Positions 53,269 through 63,767 of a stretch of 64,000 nt of DNA are shown here, piece by piece (position 1 is the first letter of the stretch; each line of letters begins with the position of its first letter). The notes below the pieces were generated by a model. The model searched no databases and had not been told where the DNA came from. It saw only the letters and a program-made list of their open reading frames with translations. A program made the position numbers and the translations under genes. The stretch lies in contig NZ_OZ244793.1 of NCBI RefSeq assembly GCF_965219775.1, forward strand, positions 724,249 to 788,248, in the 5' to 3' direction. This DNA comes from Candidatus Poriferisocius sp. (lineage in GTDB: Bacteria; Actinomycetota; Acidimicrobiia; Acidimicrobiales; Bin134).

Positions 53269-56200
53269 ATGAGCAACCGGCCGCAGATTCCCGATCTGCC
53301 CCGCACCCAAGGCCTCTACAGCCCCCACAACGAACACGACAGTTGCGGGGTGGGCTTCCTGGTGGACCTCAAGGGCCGGGCGCGCCACGAGATCGTCTCC
53401 GCGGGATTCGGGGCCCTCTGCAACCTGCAGCACCGGGGCGCGTTGGGGGCCGAGGCCAACACCGGCGACGGTGCGGGCCTGTTGATCCAGATACCCGACC
53501 GGTTCTACCGGGAGGTCTGCGAGATGGATCTGCCCCCGGTCGGCCAGTACGCCACCGGCATCGGCTTCCTGCCCGACCACCCCGACGCCGCCCACCAGGC
53601 CCGAGCGGCCATGGACGCCATCGCCCGCGACGAGGGGCTCACGCCCCTGGGGTGGCGGGCGGTGCCCACTCGTCCCGACGAACTGGGAGCGGGCGCGCTG
53701 GCCACCATGCCGTCGTTCTGGCAGCCCTTCTACACCGCCGACGGCCTGGATCCCGACGCCTTGATGCGACGGGCGTACATCGTGCGCACCCGGATCCGCA
53801 ACGAGGTGACCTACGAGACCGACGACCAGGGCGACACCGGCGCGTTGGGGTCCAAGGCCCGCAAGCTGACCTACGGCTACTTCGCCAGCCTCTCCAACCG
53901 CACCATCGTCTACAAGGGCATGCTCACCACCCCCCAGCTCGGGGAGTTCTACCCCGACTTGAGCGACCAGCGGGTGACCAGCGCGCTGGCCATGATCCAC
54001 TCCCGATTCTCCACCAACACCTTCCCGTCGTGGTCGCTGGCCCATCCCTACCGCTTCATCTCCCACAACGGCGAGATCAACACCGTGCAGGGAAACCGCA
54101 ACTGGATGGCGACCCGGGAGGCGCTGTTGGCGTCGCCGCGGTTGCCCGGCAACCTGGAGCGGTTGTTCCCGATATGCGCCGAAGGGGTGAGCGACACCGC
54201 CAGCTTCGATCAGGTCCTGGAGCTGCTGTACATGGGCGGCTACTCGCTGCCCCACGCGGTGCTCATGATGATCCCCGAGCCGTGGGAGAACCACGAGGCC
54301 ATGTCGCCCGAGCTTCGGGCCTTCTACCGCTACTACGCCTCGCTGATGGAGCCCTGGGACGGGCCGGCCGACATCGTGTTCAGCGACGGCACGCTGATCG
54401 GCGCGGTGCTGGACCGCAACGGCCTGCGGCCCTCCCGCTACTGGGTCACCGACGACGACTTGGTCATCATGGCCTCGGAGGTCGGGGTCATGGACGTGGA
54501 CCCCGCATCGGTGGTGGAAAAGGGGCGCTTGCAGCCCGGACGCATGTTCCTGGTGGACACCGCCCAGGGCCGCATCGTGCGGGACGCGGAGATCAAGCAG
54601 GAGCTGGCCTCGGCCCACCCCTACGAGCAGTGGCTGGCCGACAACCAAGTCGACCTGGACGACCTGGCGGATCGCCCCCGTGCTGCTCTCGACGAACCCC
54701 CGCTGTTGGTCCGCCAGCAATTGTTCGGCTACACCCACGAGGAGCTGAAGCTGTTGGTGGCCCCGATGGCCCAACAGGGCAAAGAGGCCCTGGGCTCCAT
54801 GGGCACCGACACCCCGGTGGCCGTGCTGTCGGACCGGTCCCGCCTGCTCTACGACTACTTCCAGCAACTGTTCGCCCAGGTGACCAACCCGCCCCTGGAC
54901 GCCATCCGCGAGGAGATCATCACCGCCACCTGCGGCTGGCTCGGCCCCGAGGGCAACCTGTTGGACCCCCAGCCCCGGTCGTGTCGCCAGATCTTCACCT
55001 CCCACCCGGTGATCACCGACCAACAGTTGGCCAACCTGGTGGGGGTGGACGGACCGGGCGGCCACGACCACTGGCACACCGAAGTGGTGCCCTGCCTCTA
55101 CGAGGTGGCCGACGGGGGACCGGGGCTGCGGCTGGCCGTGCAACGCATCCGGGAGCAGGTCAGCCGGGCCATTGCCTCGGGCAAGAACATCATCGTGCTG
55201 TCCGACCGGGGCGCGGGGCCCCAGTCGGCTCCCATCCCCTCGCTGTTGGCCACCGCCGCGGTCCACCACCACTTGATCCGGGAGAAGACCCGCACCCGGG
55301 TGGGCCTGGTGGTGGAATCCGGGGACGCCCGCGAGGTTCACCACATGTGCCTGCTCTTGGCGTACGGGGCCACCGCCGTCAACCCCTATCTGGCCTTCGA
55401 GTCCATCGACTGGATGATCGACGAGGGCCTGTGCGGCTTCTCCCCCGACAACGACAAGGCCACCGCCCACCGCAACTACATCACCGCCTGCGACAAGGGG
55501 GTGCTCAAGGTGATGTCCAAGATGGGCATCTCCACCGTGAAGTCGTACGTGGGCGCCCAGATCTTCGAAGCCATCGGCCTGGGTCATCCCATCGTGCAGG
55601 AGTGCTTCACCGGCACGGTCAGCCGGCTCGGGGGCATCGGCTTTCCCCAACTGGCCGAGGAGGTGCGGCTGCGCCATCGCATCGCCTACCCCGACAACCC
55701 CGATGAGCGGGCCCACCGGTCCCTGGACGGGGGAGGGGAGTACCAGTGGCGACGGGAGGGGGAGTACCACCTGTTCAACCCCGAAACGGTGTTCAAACTC
55801 CAGCACGCCACCCGCCAGGGCCGCTACGACATCTTCAAGGAGTACACCGCGAAAGTGGACGCCCAGTCGGAGCGGTTGGCCACTTTGCGGGGCCTGTTCC
55901 GCTTCCGAACCGGCCTGCGGGCCCCGGTGCCTCTCGAGGAGGTGGAGCCGGTGGCCGACATCGTGGCCCGCTTCTCCACCGGGGCCATGTCGTACGGCTC
56001 GATCTCGGCCGAGGCCCACGAGACGCTGGCCATCGCCATGAACCGCATCGGCGGCAAGTCCAACACCGGGGAAGGGGGCGAAGATCCCCGGCGCTACGTA
56101 CCCGATCCGAACGGCGACATGCGCCGCTCGGCCATCAAGCAGGCCGCCTCGGGGCGGTTCGGGGTCACCAGCGAGTACCTGGTGAACAGCGACGACATCC

Positions 56201-57888
56201 AGATCAAGATGGCCCAGGGGGCCAAGCCGGGCGAGGGGGGCCAGTTGCCGGGCCACAAGGTCTGGCCGTGGATCGCCGAGGTCCGCTACTCCACCCCCGG
56301 CGTGGGGCTCATCTCCCCGCCGCCCCACCACGACATCTACTCCATCGAGGATCTGGCCCAGCTCATCCACGACCTCAAGAACGCCAACCCCACCGCCCGC
56401 ATCCACGTGAAGCTGGTGTCGGAGCTGGGCGTGGGCACGGTGGCCGCCGGGGTGTCCAAGGCCCACGCCGACGTGGTGCTCATCTCCGGCCACGACGGGG
56501 GCACCGGGGCGTCGCCGTTGACCTCCATCAAACACGCCGGTACCCCCTGGGAGCTGGGCCTGGCCGAGACCCAGCAGACGTTGCTGTTGAACCGCTTGCG
56601 GGACCGGATCGTGGTCCAGACCGACGGGCAGCTCAAGACCGGGCGGGACGTGATGATCGCCGCCCTGTTGGGGGCCGAGGAGTTCGGGTTCGCCACCGCC
56701 CCGCTGGTGGTGATGGGGTGCGTGATGATGCGGGTCTGCCACCTGGACACCTGTCCGGTGGGGGTGGCCACCCAGGACCCCAAGTTGCGCCAGAAGTTCA
56801 CCGGCCGGCCCGAGTTCGTCATCAACTTCATGGAGTACATCGCCGAAGAGGTACGGGAGCTGTTGGCCATGCTGGGCTTTCGCACCCTGGCCGAGGCAGT
56901 GGGCCAGGTGGAGAGCCTGGACGTGAGCGACGCCGTGGACCACTGGAAGGCGGCCGGACTCGACCTGTCGCCCATTCTGTACGCCCCCGAGATTCCCCCG
57001 GAGGCCGCCCGCCACTGCACCGAGGCCCAGGACCACGGGCTGGACCGAGCCCTCGACCAGCAGCTCATCGCCCTGGCCGAGCCCGCCCTGGAGGACGGGC
57101 ACCCGGTGGAGATCGACCTGCTCATCGCCAACGTGAACCGCACCGTCGGCACCATGCTGGGCCACCACGTGACCACCAAGTGGGGCGCGGGCGGCCTGCC
57201 CGACGACACCATCCGCATCCACTTCACCGGTTCGGCGGGCAACAGCTTCGGGGCCTTCCTGCCCCGGGGGATCACCATGACCCTGGTGGGCGACGCCAAC
57301 GACTACGTGGGCAAGGGCCTGTCGGGGGGGCGCATCATCGTGACCCCCGACCCTCGGGCCCCCTTCGCGGCCGAGCACAACGTGATCGCGGGCAACGTGA
57401 TCGGCTACGGCGCCACCGGCGGGGAGCTGTACCTGCGGGGTCTGGTGGGGGAGCGGTTTTGCGTCCGCAACTCCGGGGCCACCGCGGTGGTGGAGGGGGT
57501 GGGCGACCACGGGTGCGAGTACATGACCGGCGGACGGGCGGTGGTGCTCGGCCCCACGGGCCGCAACTTCGGCGCGGGCATGTCCGGGGGAATCGCCTAC
57601 GTGTACGACCCCGAGGGCGTGTTCCCGGCGAAGGTCAACCGGGAGATGGTCGACCTCGAACCGTTGGACGACACCGACCGGGAGTGGCTGGGGGGCTGTC
57701 TGAGCCGCCACATGGCCAACACCGGTTCGGAGGTGGCCGAGAGAATCCTGGCCCGCTGGGCCACCGAGGCCGACCGGTTCACCAAGGTGATGCCCAAGGA
57801 CTACAAGCGGGTGTTGCAGGCACAGGCCGAGGCCGAGCGGACGGGGACCGACGCCGAAGCAGCCATCATGGCGGCCGCCCATGGGTGA
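53269..57888 (+). CDS. gltB: glutamate synthase large subunit
   Basis: 1539 aa. Has an N-terminal propeptide then CGVGF (Ntn amidotransferase), an FMN/Fe-S central domain and a C-terminal GXGXG domain. Confidence 0.97.
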   Translation: MSNRPQIPDLPRTQGLYSPHNEHDSCGVGFLVDLKGRARHEIVSAGFGALCNLQHRGALGAEANTGDGAGLLIQIPDRFYREVCEMDLPPVGQYATGIGFLPDHPDAAHQARAAMDAIARDEGLTPLGWRAVPTRPDELGAGALATMPSFWQPFYTADGLDPDALMRRAYIVRTRIRNEVTYETDDQGDTGALGSKARKLTYGYFASLSNRTIVYKGMLTTPQLGEFYPDLSDQRVTSALAMIHSRFSTNTFPSWSLAHPYRFISHNGEINTVQGNRNWMATREALLASPRLPGNLERLFPICAEGVSDTASFDQVLELLYMGGYSLPHAVLMMIPEPWENHEAMSPELRAFYRYYASLMEPWDGPADIVFSDGTLIGAVLDRNGLRPSRYWVTDDDLVIMASEVGVMDVDPASVVEKGRLQPGRMFLVDTAQGRIVRDAEIKQELASAHPYEQWLADNQVDLDDLADRPRAALDEPPLLVRQQLFGYTHEELKLLVAPMAQQGKEALGSMGTDTPVAVLSDRSRLLYDYFQQLFAQVTNPPLDAIREEIITATCGWLGPEGNLLDPQPRSCRQIFTSHPVITDQQLANLVGVDGPGGHDHWHTEVVPCLYEVADGGPGLRLAVQRIREQVSRAIASGKNIIVLSDRGAGPQSAPIPSLLATAAVHHHLIREKTRTRVGLVVESGDAREVHHMCLLLAYGATAVNPYLAFESIDWMIDEGLCGFSPDNDKATAHRNYITACDKGVLKVMSKMGISTVKSYVGAQIFEAIGLGHPIVQECFTGTVSRLGGIGFPQLAEEVRLRHRIAYPDNPDERAHRSLDGGGEYQWRREGEYHLFNPETVFKLQHATRQGRYDIFKEYTAKVDAQSERLATLRGLFRFRTGLRAPVPLEEVEPVADIVARFSTGAMSYGSISAEAHETLAIAMNRIGGKSNTGEGGEDPRRYVPDPNGDMRRSAIKQAASGRFGVTSEYLVNSDDIQIKMAQGAKPGEGGQLPGHKVWPWIAEVRYSTPGVGLISPPPHHDIYSIEDLAQLIHDLKNANPTARIHVKLVSELGVGTVAAGVSKAHADVVLISGHDGGTGASPLTSIKHAGTPWELGLAETQQTLLLNRLRDRIVVQTDGQLKTGRDVMIAALLGAEEFGFATAPLVVMGCVMMRVCHLDTCPVGVATQDPKLRQKFTGRPEFVINFMEYIAEEVRELLAMLGFRTLAEAVGQVESLDVSDAVDHWKAAGLDLSPILYAPEIPPEAARHCTEAQDHGLDRALDQQLIALAEPALEDGHPVEIDLLIANVNRTVGTMLGHHVTTKWGAGGLPDDTIRIHFTGSAGNSFGAFLPRGITMTLVGDANDYVGKGLSGGRIIVTPDPRAPFAAEHNVIAGNVIGYGATGGELYLRGLVGERFCVRNSGATAVVEGVGDHGCEYMTGGRAVVLGPTGRNFGAGMSGGIAYVYDPEGVFPAKVNREMVDLEPLDDTDREWLGGCLSRHMANTGSEVAERILARWATEADRFTKVMPKDYKRVLQAQAEAERTGTDAEAAIMAAAHG

Positions 57889-59341
57889 CATCCGGGGGTT
57901 CATCAAGCACGATCGCCAACTGCCCACCCGCCGGGCCGTGCCCGTGCGGATCAAGGACTGGAACGAGGTCTACGAGGACTTCGCCGCCGATTCGGTGCGC
58001 ACCCAGGCGTCGCGCTGCATGGACTGCGGCATCCCGTTCTGCAACAACGGGTGCCCGCTGGGAAACCTGATCCCCGACTGGAACGACCTCGTCTACCGGG
58101 ACCACTGGCGGGAGGCCATCGAGCGTCTCCACGCCACCAACAACTTCCCGGAGTTCACCGGTCGGCTCTGCCCGGCGCCCTGCGAGGCGGCCTGTGTGCT
58201 GGGCATCAACGACGACCCGGTCACCATCAAGCAGATCGAGGTGGAGATCGTGGATCGGGCCTGGGAGGAGGGCTGGATCACCCCGGTGGTTCCGGGGGAC
58301 CGAACCGGCCGCACGGTGGCGGTGGTGGGCTCGGGCCCGGCGGGTTTGGCCGCCGCCCAGCAGCTCACCCGGGCGGGCCATGAGGTGGTGGTGTTCGAGC
58401 GGGCCGACCGCATCGGCGGCCTGCTGCGCTACGGCATTCCCGAGTTCAAGATGGAAAAGCGCCATCTCGACCGCCGCCTGGCCCAGATGGAGGCCGAGGG
58501 CACCGTGTTCCGGCCCGGCGTGAACGTGGGCGTCGACGTGAGCGCGGCCGACCTCACCGAACAGTACGACGCGGTGGTGTTGGCCGGGGGGGCCACCCAG
58601 TGGCGGGACCTGCCCATCCCCGGTCGTGAACTGGCCGGGATCCACCAGGCCATGGAGTACCTGCCCCCGGCCAACCGGGTGCAAGAGGGGGATCTGGAGG
58701 AGCATCCCTTCTCCGCCGCCGGTCGCAACGTGATCATCATCGGGGGCGGCGACACCGGGGCCGACTGTCTGGGCACCGCCCATCGCCACGGCGCCGCCTC
58801 CATCCACCAGTTCGAGATCCTGCCCCGGCCTCCCGAGGATCGCGACGACTCCACGCCGTGGCCGACGTGGCCGCTGATGTACCGGTCGTCGTCGGCCCAC
58901 GAGGAGGGCGGGACGCAGGTCTACGCCATCAACACCGTGGAGTTCATCGGCTCGAACGGCCAGGTGGAGGCGTTGCGGACGGTGGACGTCCACCAGAGCT
59001 TCGAGGACGGGCGCATGCGCTTCGACCCCGTCGAGGGCAGCGAGCGGGAGTACCCGGCCGAGCTGGTGCTGTTGGCCATGGGCTTCACCGGTCCGGAGAC
59101 CGGGGGCCTGCTCGACGACCTGGGGGTGGAGATCACCGACCGCGGCACCGTGGCCCGTGACCACAACTGGATGAGCACCGTGCCCGGTGTGTTCGTGGCC
59201 GGGGACATGGGTCGGGGCCAGAGCCTCATTGTGTGGGCCATCGCCGAGGGACGGGCCTGCGCCGCCGCCGTTGACGAGTACCTCACCGGCGACACCTTGC
59301 TGCCGGCGCCGCTGTTGCCCACCGCCCAGCAACTCCGGTAG
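57881..59341 (+). CDS. gltD: glutamate synthase small subunit (NADPH)
   Basis: 486 aa with an 8-nt overlap with glt[10 protein letters not shown] and CPLGN are Fe-S motifs and [14 protein letters not shown] is also present. Confidence 0.95.
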   Translation: MGDIRGFIKHDRQLPTRRAVPVRIKDWNEVYEDFAADSVRTQASRCMDCGIPFCNNGCPLGNLIPDWNDLVYRDHWREAIERLHATNNFPEFTGRLCPAPCEAACVLGINDDPVTIKQIEVEIVDRAWEEGWITPVVPGDRTGRTVAVVGSGPAGLAAAQQLTRAGHEVVVFERADRIGGLLRYGIPEFKMEKRHLDRRLAQMEAEGTVFRPGVNVGVDVSAADLTEQYDAVVLAGGATQWRDLPIPGRELAGIHQAMEYLPPANRVQEGDLEEHPFSAAGRNVIIIGGGDTGADCLGTAHRHGAASIHQFEILPRPPEDRDDSTPWPTWPLMYRSSSAHEEGGTQVYAINTVEFIGSNGQVEALRTVDVHQSFEDGRMRFDPVEGSEREYPAELVLLAMGFTGPETGGLLDDLGVEITDRGTVARDHNWMSTVPGVFVAGDMGRGQSLIVWAIAEGRACAAAVDEYLTGDTLLPAPLLPTAQQLR

Positions 59342-59366
59342 ACCAGCCGCTCCGGTAGTCCGGCCG
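59333..59366. repeat. 17-bp imperfect tandem duplication (CTCCGGTAGACCAGCCG / CTCCGGTAGTCCGGCCG) containing the gltD stop codon
   Basis: Read directly. 14/17 identical. Confidence 0.8.
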
Positions 59367-59367
59367 C

Positions 59368-60051
59368 TCAGAAGGGCTGGGCGTCGAGGAAGTCCAGCGC
59401 GGCGTCGATGAAATCGAACGACTTGGGGGTGGCGAAGTGATCCACCCCCCGAAGGGTCACCGGTCGGGCGTCGGGCAGGGCGGCCACCAACTCGTCGGCC
59501 GGGTAAGCGAAGTCCCGGTCACCGACCACCACCAGGGTGGGCACGGTGACGGTGGCCAGGCAGTCGGTGTCGAAGGCCGTCCGGCCGGCCAACAGGGCGG
59601 CCAGGGCCTGGCGGTCGGCCTCGGGGTCGTCGGCCAGGGTGGAGAAGTGAATGGCCTCGGGATTCTCGGGGTCGGGGTCCCCGGTGACCGCCTGCAGGAT
59701 CATGCGGCTGTGGTCCTCGTCGCGGTGGAACAGGTTCTTGCCCACGCCCGCCACCACCAGCCGGTGGAATCGTTCCGGCGTTCGGGAGGCGATGGAGAGC
59801 AGCGTGTAGGCCCCGAGCGAGAAGCCGATGGCGTCGATGGGCTCCGGGGGGAAGTGGTCCACCACGTGCTGGTCGAATCCGGCGTAGCCCTCGGGCTCGT
59901 GGGGCTTGGGGGCGGAGCCGTGGCCCATCAGGTCGATGCCGATGACCTCCCGGCCCGCGTCGGCCAACAGGTCGAACCAGGCGTTGTCCCCCCAGGTGCG
60001 ACGGGCCGAACCGGCCAGTCCGTGCAGCAAGGCCACCGGAGGTCCGCTCAT
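59368..60051 (-). CDS. alpha/beta hydrolase
   Basis: 227 aa. LLHGLAGS and GFSLGAY (nucleophile elbow). Confidence 0.85.
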   Translation of the reverse strand: MSGPPVALLHGLAGSARRTWGDNAWFDLLADAGREVIGIDLMGHGSAPKPHEPEGYAGFDQHVVDHFPPEPIDAIGFSLGAYTLLSIASRTPERFHRLVVAGVGKNLFHRDEDHSRMILQAVTGDPDPENPEAIHFSTLADDPEADRQALAALLAGRTAFDTDCLATVTVPTLVVVGDRDFAYPADELVAALPDARPVTLRGVDHFATPKSFDFIDAALDFLDAQPF

Positions 60052-60464
60052 GGGCGCACTGTAGTAGCGGGCTCCGAATCCCGGAAAGAAGTGGGGGCCG
60101 AGAAAGAAGGAGGCCCCGAGTAGCCTCCCGGTCGAAACCGGTCGACTTCTCGGGGCCGTCCCGTCCGGTCCCGGTTCCCCGTTGAGCGGGCGCCCTCCGG
60201 TTTCCCGTTTCCTCGCTCCAGTTTCTCACGGCACTCGGTCGGTGTTCCGGGCTCTGGCTTTCGGTGGTGCCACCGACTTCCTCGGCCCTTCCCAGCGACC
60301 CGGTGTGACCCTTCGGCCTGGACCCCTCGGTCTCGACCTTGCGATCCCAACCTCTCGGCTTTGACCTCTGATCTTGACCGGTGATCTCGACCTGTGATCC
60401 CCGCTTGACTCTGGAGAGTGGGGACACCATAGCGCGGTAAAACCCCTGGTCAAGGGGAAAATGC

Positions 60465-60526
60465 AAATCCACAGGCTTATCCCCAACTGTGAGTAGAAAT
60501 CCCCAGGCAACCCAAAATTGACCACA
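60465..60526 (+). other. four co-oriented DnaA-box-like 9-mers (AAATCCACA 60465, TTATCCCCA 60477, AAATCCCCA 60497, TTGACCACA 60518)
   Basis: Read directly. They carry 1-3 mismatches to TTATCCACA. Three are followed by GG. Confidence 0.3.
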
Positions 60527-60572
60527 GGTACAGGCGGCCCTCGGCCCCCATTTGCTCAGAACAGCAAGACCC

Positions 60573-61643
60573 TTACGACCAGTCGATGTCGCCCATTCGG
60601 GAGGAGCGCTCGAGCATGCCGATGGTCTCCACGTCGTCCCAGCGCCAGCGGACCCCGGCCTGTTGCAGAGCCGGGAAGGCGGCGTGCTCGGCCCGGAGTT
60701 GGTCCTGAGAGAAGCCGGCATCCGAATGGTGAATGTCGTGGGTCGAAAGCACGGTCTCCCCGCTGATTCGGATTTTCCCTCTGGGAGTGGAAAACACGAA
60801 TGAGACGTCCTCTCCGAGGGCTTGGATGCGTCGCAACCAAGCCGCGTGCTGGATAGTGGCCGGGAGCCGCACTCCGTCATGGTCGATCACGAAACCCTCG
60901 TTGTAACTCGGGAGCCCATCGTCACGGGGCGGGTAGGTAATGGCGCCGAAGGCCCGCCCGTCGGCGAAAAGGCCGGACGGCCAAAAGTGCCCACGAAAGG
61001 CGGCCAGCCGCCGCACGCCCTGGCGACGGACTCGCAGCGCCGTCCCCTCGAAGGTGAGTACCGGTCCGCCCTGCACCTGAACTCTGCCGGTGCTGCGGCC
61101 GAGCTGTTCGTAGCGGTCACCGCCCATCAGTCCGAGTTCGTGGGTCTCCAGAGCCGACTTGGCCTCGGGAATCAGGCTGCCCGGCTCCCACGGCGGAACC
61201 GTCATGGTGGCCATAACCTCGAATCGGATGTCCACAAGGGGCCCGTCGACGTGACCCGCGGCGAGTGCCGCAGCACTCGTTTCGACAGCCTGACCGTCGA
61301 AACGCATCGTCCAAGTCCGAAAGGGCTCGAGGCACTCGAACGCCAGTGGTCCCGCCCCGAGCACTCTCGGCTTGCCGTCCGCGCCACCAGGTGGGTGACT
61401 CGGCACGTCGGAGCGAAGCCGGTAGGCACGGCCGTCGGCGTAGGCGAGGTTGACCTGGATGCCGTGTCGCTCCCAGTTGGCCGATACCGCCTCGACGCCG
61501 ATGCGGGTAAGGCCGACACGTGCCTGGTCATCGAAGACCCACATGCTCACCGAGTCACGCATCTCGGGATCGCCGGGCCGCTCGGCAAGCACGAATTCAC
61601 GAGCCACGTCGATGCCGCCGGTCAGTTCGATGCTCACGGTCAC
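60573..61643 (-). CDS. hypothetical protein, translationally coupled to the upstream sulfotransferase
   Basis: GTG at 61641-61643 overlaps the sulfotransferase TGA (GTGA). 356 aa, beta-rich, with no family recognised by eye. Confidence 0.7.
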   Translation of the reverse strand: MTVSIELTGGIDVAREFVLAERPGDPEMRDSVSMWVFDDQARVGLTRIGVEAVSANWERHGIQVNLAYADGRAYRLRSDVPSHPPGGADGKPRVLGAGPLAFECLEPFRTWTMRFDGQAVETSAAALAAGHVDGPLVDIRFEVMATMTVPPWEPGSLIPEAKSALETHELGLMGGDRYEQLGRSTGRVQVQGGPVLTFEGTALRVRRQGVRRLAAFRGHFWPSGLFADGRAFGAITYPPRDDGLPSYNEGFVIDHDGVRLPATIQHAAWLRRIQALGEDVSFVFSTPRGKIRISGETVLSTHDIHHSDAGFSQDQLRAEHAAFPALQQAGVRWRWDDVETIGMLERSSRMGDIDWS

Positions 61644-62776
61644 TCGGAACCGCGACCGATCCAGACCGCCGCCTGTTCGATGTAGTCGGCGAACAACGGG
61701 CGGATCGAGTCGAGATCGAGGTCGAAGTCCTTCGGATCGCGCTTCGGGCTCGGCTCCCGGTTCTCGTTGTTCTGCTCCCACCAGGACCGCATATTGGCAG
61801 CGAATTCCTCACCGACCGGCTCTCCCAACCACTCGTACAGTCCTTCTACCTGACCGAACGGATCAGCCTGAGCGGCCCGGAAGTCGATGTCGTAGAAGCG
61901 ATCGCCGATTCCGGTGTTCCTGGCAACCAGAAGACGGTCCATCCCGATTGACCAAGTCTCGACGTTGAGTCGGCCTATGGCAGCCCGATCGGGATGGTCG
62001 GTGAAGCCGGAAATGATGTCGGCGTAGACGTCACAGACCGACAACATCACGTCGGTCGGATCGCGATGGGTCATGACGAAGCGGGCGTCGGGAAATGTCG
62101 CGAGCAGGTTGTCGATCCAGATGATGTGTGCCGGGCACTTGAGCCGCCACGGACGGGCAGGCTCGCCCCACTGGAGCAGTTTCATCACTCGCCTTTGGTA
62201 GGCATAAGTCGTGGTGAGATCGGCGTGCAGGAGCCAGTCCGCGTAGGACGGCACGTGGGCGAAAGCGGTGAAGATGGGGGAGCGCAAGTTGAGGTTCATC
62301 AGTTCGAGACACTCCATCGGCCCGGCACCGTCGGCAGTGGGAACATGGGACCGGGTACCCACCCGCTCGACGGCGGCCGGGTCGATCCGGGGATCGTCAC
62401 CCTCGACCGTGGAAGGTGGCGGGCAGGGTCGGGCGGCCTCCCACTGGCGCAAGTAGCGGATATCGGGATCTTGGGCCAGCAGGAATGACAGGACCGTCGA
62501 ACCGGTACGAGGCAGCCCCAGGCCGAACAATGGCGCCTCGACGGTGACATCGTCGATCTCGGGGTGGCGTCGGTACCAGTCCTCAACCTGGAGACGCTGG
62601 GCGAGGTGGCCGGTTATCCGGGGGTAGAGGAAGCCGTTGCCGCGGTCGTTGAGGCGAGCCTCATCACGCAGCGAGGCAACGAGCACCTCCAGCCCCTCGC
62701 GGAAGGAGTCTTCACCGAATTCGTCCAGACCGGTGGCTTCAACGGCTTCGGCCATGAGGTCATTGGCGGTGGGCAT
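61640..62776 (-). CDS. sulfotransferase family protein
   Basis: 378 aa. GLPRTGSTVLSFLLAQDP is a PAPS 5'-phosphosulfate-binding loop. Confidence 0.85.
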   Translation of the reverse strand: MPTANDLMAEAVEATGLDEFGEDSFREGLEVLVASLRDEARLNDRGNGFLYPRITGHLAQRLQVEDWYRRHPEIDDVTVEAPLFGLGLPRTGSTVLSFLLAQDPDIRYLRQWEAARPCPPPSTVEGDDPRIDPAAVERVGTRSHVPTADGAGPMECLELMNLNLRSPIFTAFAHVPSYADWLLHADLTTTYAYQRRVMKLLQWGEPARPWRLKCPAHIIWIDNLLATFPDARFVMTHRDPTDVMLSVCDVYADIISGFTDHPDRAAIGRLNVETWSIGMDRLLVARNTGIGDRFYDIDFRAAQADPFGQVEGLYEWLGEPVGEEFAANMRSWWEQNNENREPSPKRDPKDFDLDLDSIRPLFADYIEQAAVWIGRGSE

Positions 62777-62947
62777 CAGGGGATCCTCCCGCGACCTCGG
62801 ACGCAGGCCGTTGTTGGCAGGCCACAGGCAATACCGTAGTGATCTGACGACGAGGGAGCGACCATGTCACGAGGCACTGATTGGGAGTCGAGACTGGGGT
62901 TCGACCGGGTGCCGTCCCACATCATCGATAAGCGGGTGACCGAGGTC

Positions 62948-63733
62948 ATGTCGCTTGCGGGCCGCAAGGCGATCATCACCGGTGCTGGGGGCGATGGGCT
63001 CGGTCAAGCGGTCGCCAATCGCCTTGCCGGGCTCGGAGCCGATGTTGCCCTGATCGGTCGGACCTACGCCAAGGTGGAGCGCCGGGCCGACGAGGTTCGG
63101 CAGCGGTGGGGCGTGAGGGCGGTGCCGATACTGGCCGATCTCTCGGTGTGGGATCAGGTCCATCGCGCGGTTGACGAGAGCCAAGCCGCGTTGGGCGGGC
63201 TCGACATCATGATCAACAACCCGGTGTACGCGCTCGCCGGCACGTTTGCCGACTTCACCCAGGAGATGATCGACGACACGGTACACGGGAGCCTCACCAT
63301 GCTCATGTACGGCGCCCACGCCGCCCTTGAACACATGATCCCACAGGCCTCGGGCAAGATCATCAATATCTCGGCCGCGGCGGGCCGCACCGCGCCGCCA
63401 GGGCTCGTGGTCTACGCCGCCGCCAAGTCCGGAGTCATCGGATTCACTCGCAACCTGGCCGCCGAAGTCGCCGATCTCGGAATCCACGTACTGGGGTGCG
63501 CTCCCGGCATCATGGTGAAGCCCGACCTGTTGGAGCGCATCCTCAACCCAAAGAGCGCCATGGACCGTGCCGCCCGCCAATCCGTCATGGAGTCGCTCGC
63601 CCATGACGTTCGGCTCAAGCGCGTGTCCATTCCCGAAGAGGTGGCCAACATCGTGGCCTTTCTCGCGAGCGACGCTGCCAGCTACATGTGCGGTCAGACC
63701 ATCGACGCTTCGGGCGGCCAGTACATGAACTAA
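62948..63733 (+). CDS. SDR family oxidoreductase
   Basis: ATG at 62948 gives MSLAGRKAIITGAGGDGLGQAV. Also NNPV and Y..AK motifs. The track ORF starts at 62864. Confidence 0.85.
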   Translation: MSLAGRKAIITGAGGDGLGQAVANRLAGLGADVALIGRTYAKVERRADEVRQRWGVRAVPILADLSVWDQVHRAVDESQAALGGLDIMINNPVYALAGTFADFTQEMIDDTVHGSLTMLMYGAHAALEHMIPQASGKIINISAAAGRTAPPGLVVYAAAKSGVIGFTRNLAAEVADLGIHVLGCAPGIMVKPDLLERILNPKSAMDRAARQSVMESLAHDVRLKRVSIPEEVANIVAFLASDAASYMCGQTIDASGGQYMN

Positions 63734-63767
63734 GTGCCTGCTTCGCAAGGCAGGAAGAGGGGATCGG

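Noticed and set aside
53116-57954. 1612-aa minus-strand ORF and 1261-aa plus-strand ORF (51921..55706) overlapping gltB
   Set aside because: These are antisense or off-frame shadows of gltB. Their sequences are dominated by G/R/P/H/V runs, whereas the gltB frame has unmistakable glutamate synthase motifs.
60052-60110. tRNA/tmRNA-like T-arm (GGGCTCCGAATCCCGG) upstream of the hydrolase gene
   Set aside because: The stem and loop geometry does not fit a canonical T-arm (4-bp stem, 8-nt loop). No acceptor stem, CCA context or tmRNA 5' GGGG..TGA-type features are visible on either strand.
60048-60364. ORFs 60048..60350(-) and 60182..60364(+) in the long spacer
   Set aside because: The minus-strand ORF has a TTG start. 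Both have R/G/P/E-rich or shadow-like composition, no RBS and no motif. The region is better described as non-coding.
60465-60526. Calling this the chromosomal oriC
   Set aside because: No dnaA, dnaN, rpmH or parAB genes flank it, and the boxes have 1-3 mismatches. I keep it only as an origin-like or DnaA-box-like curiosity pending genome-scale skew data.
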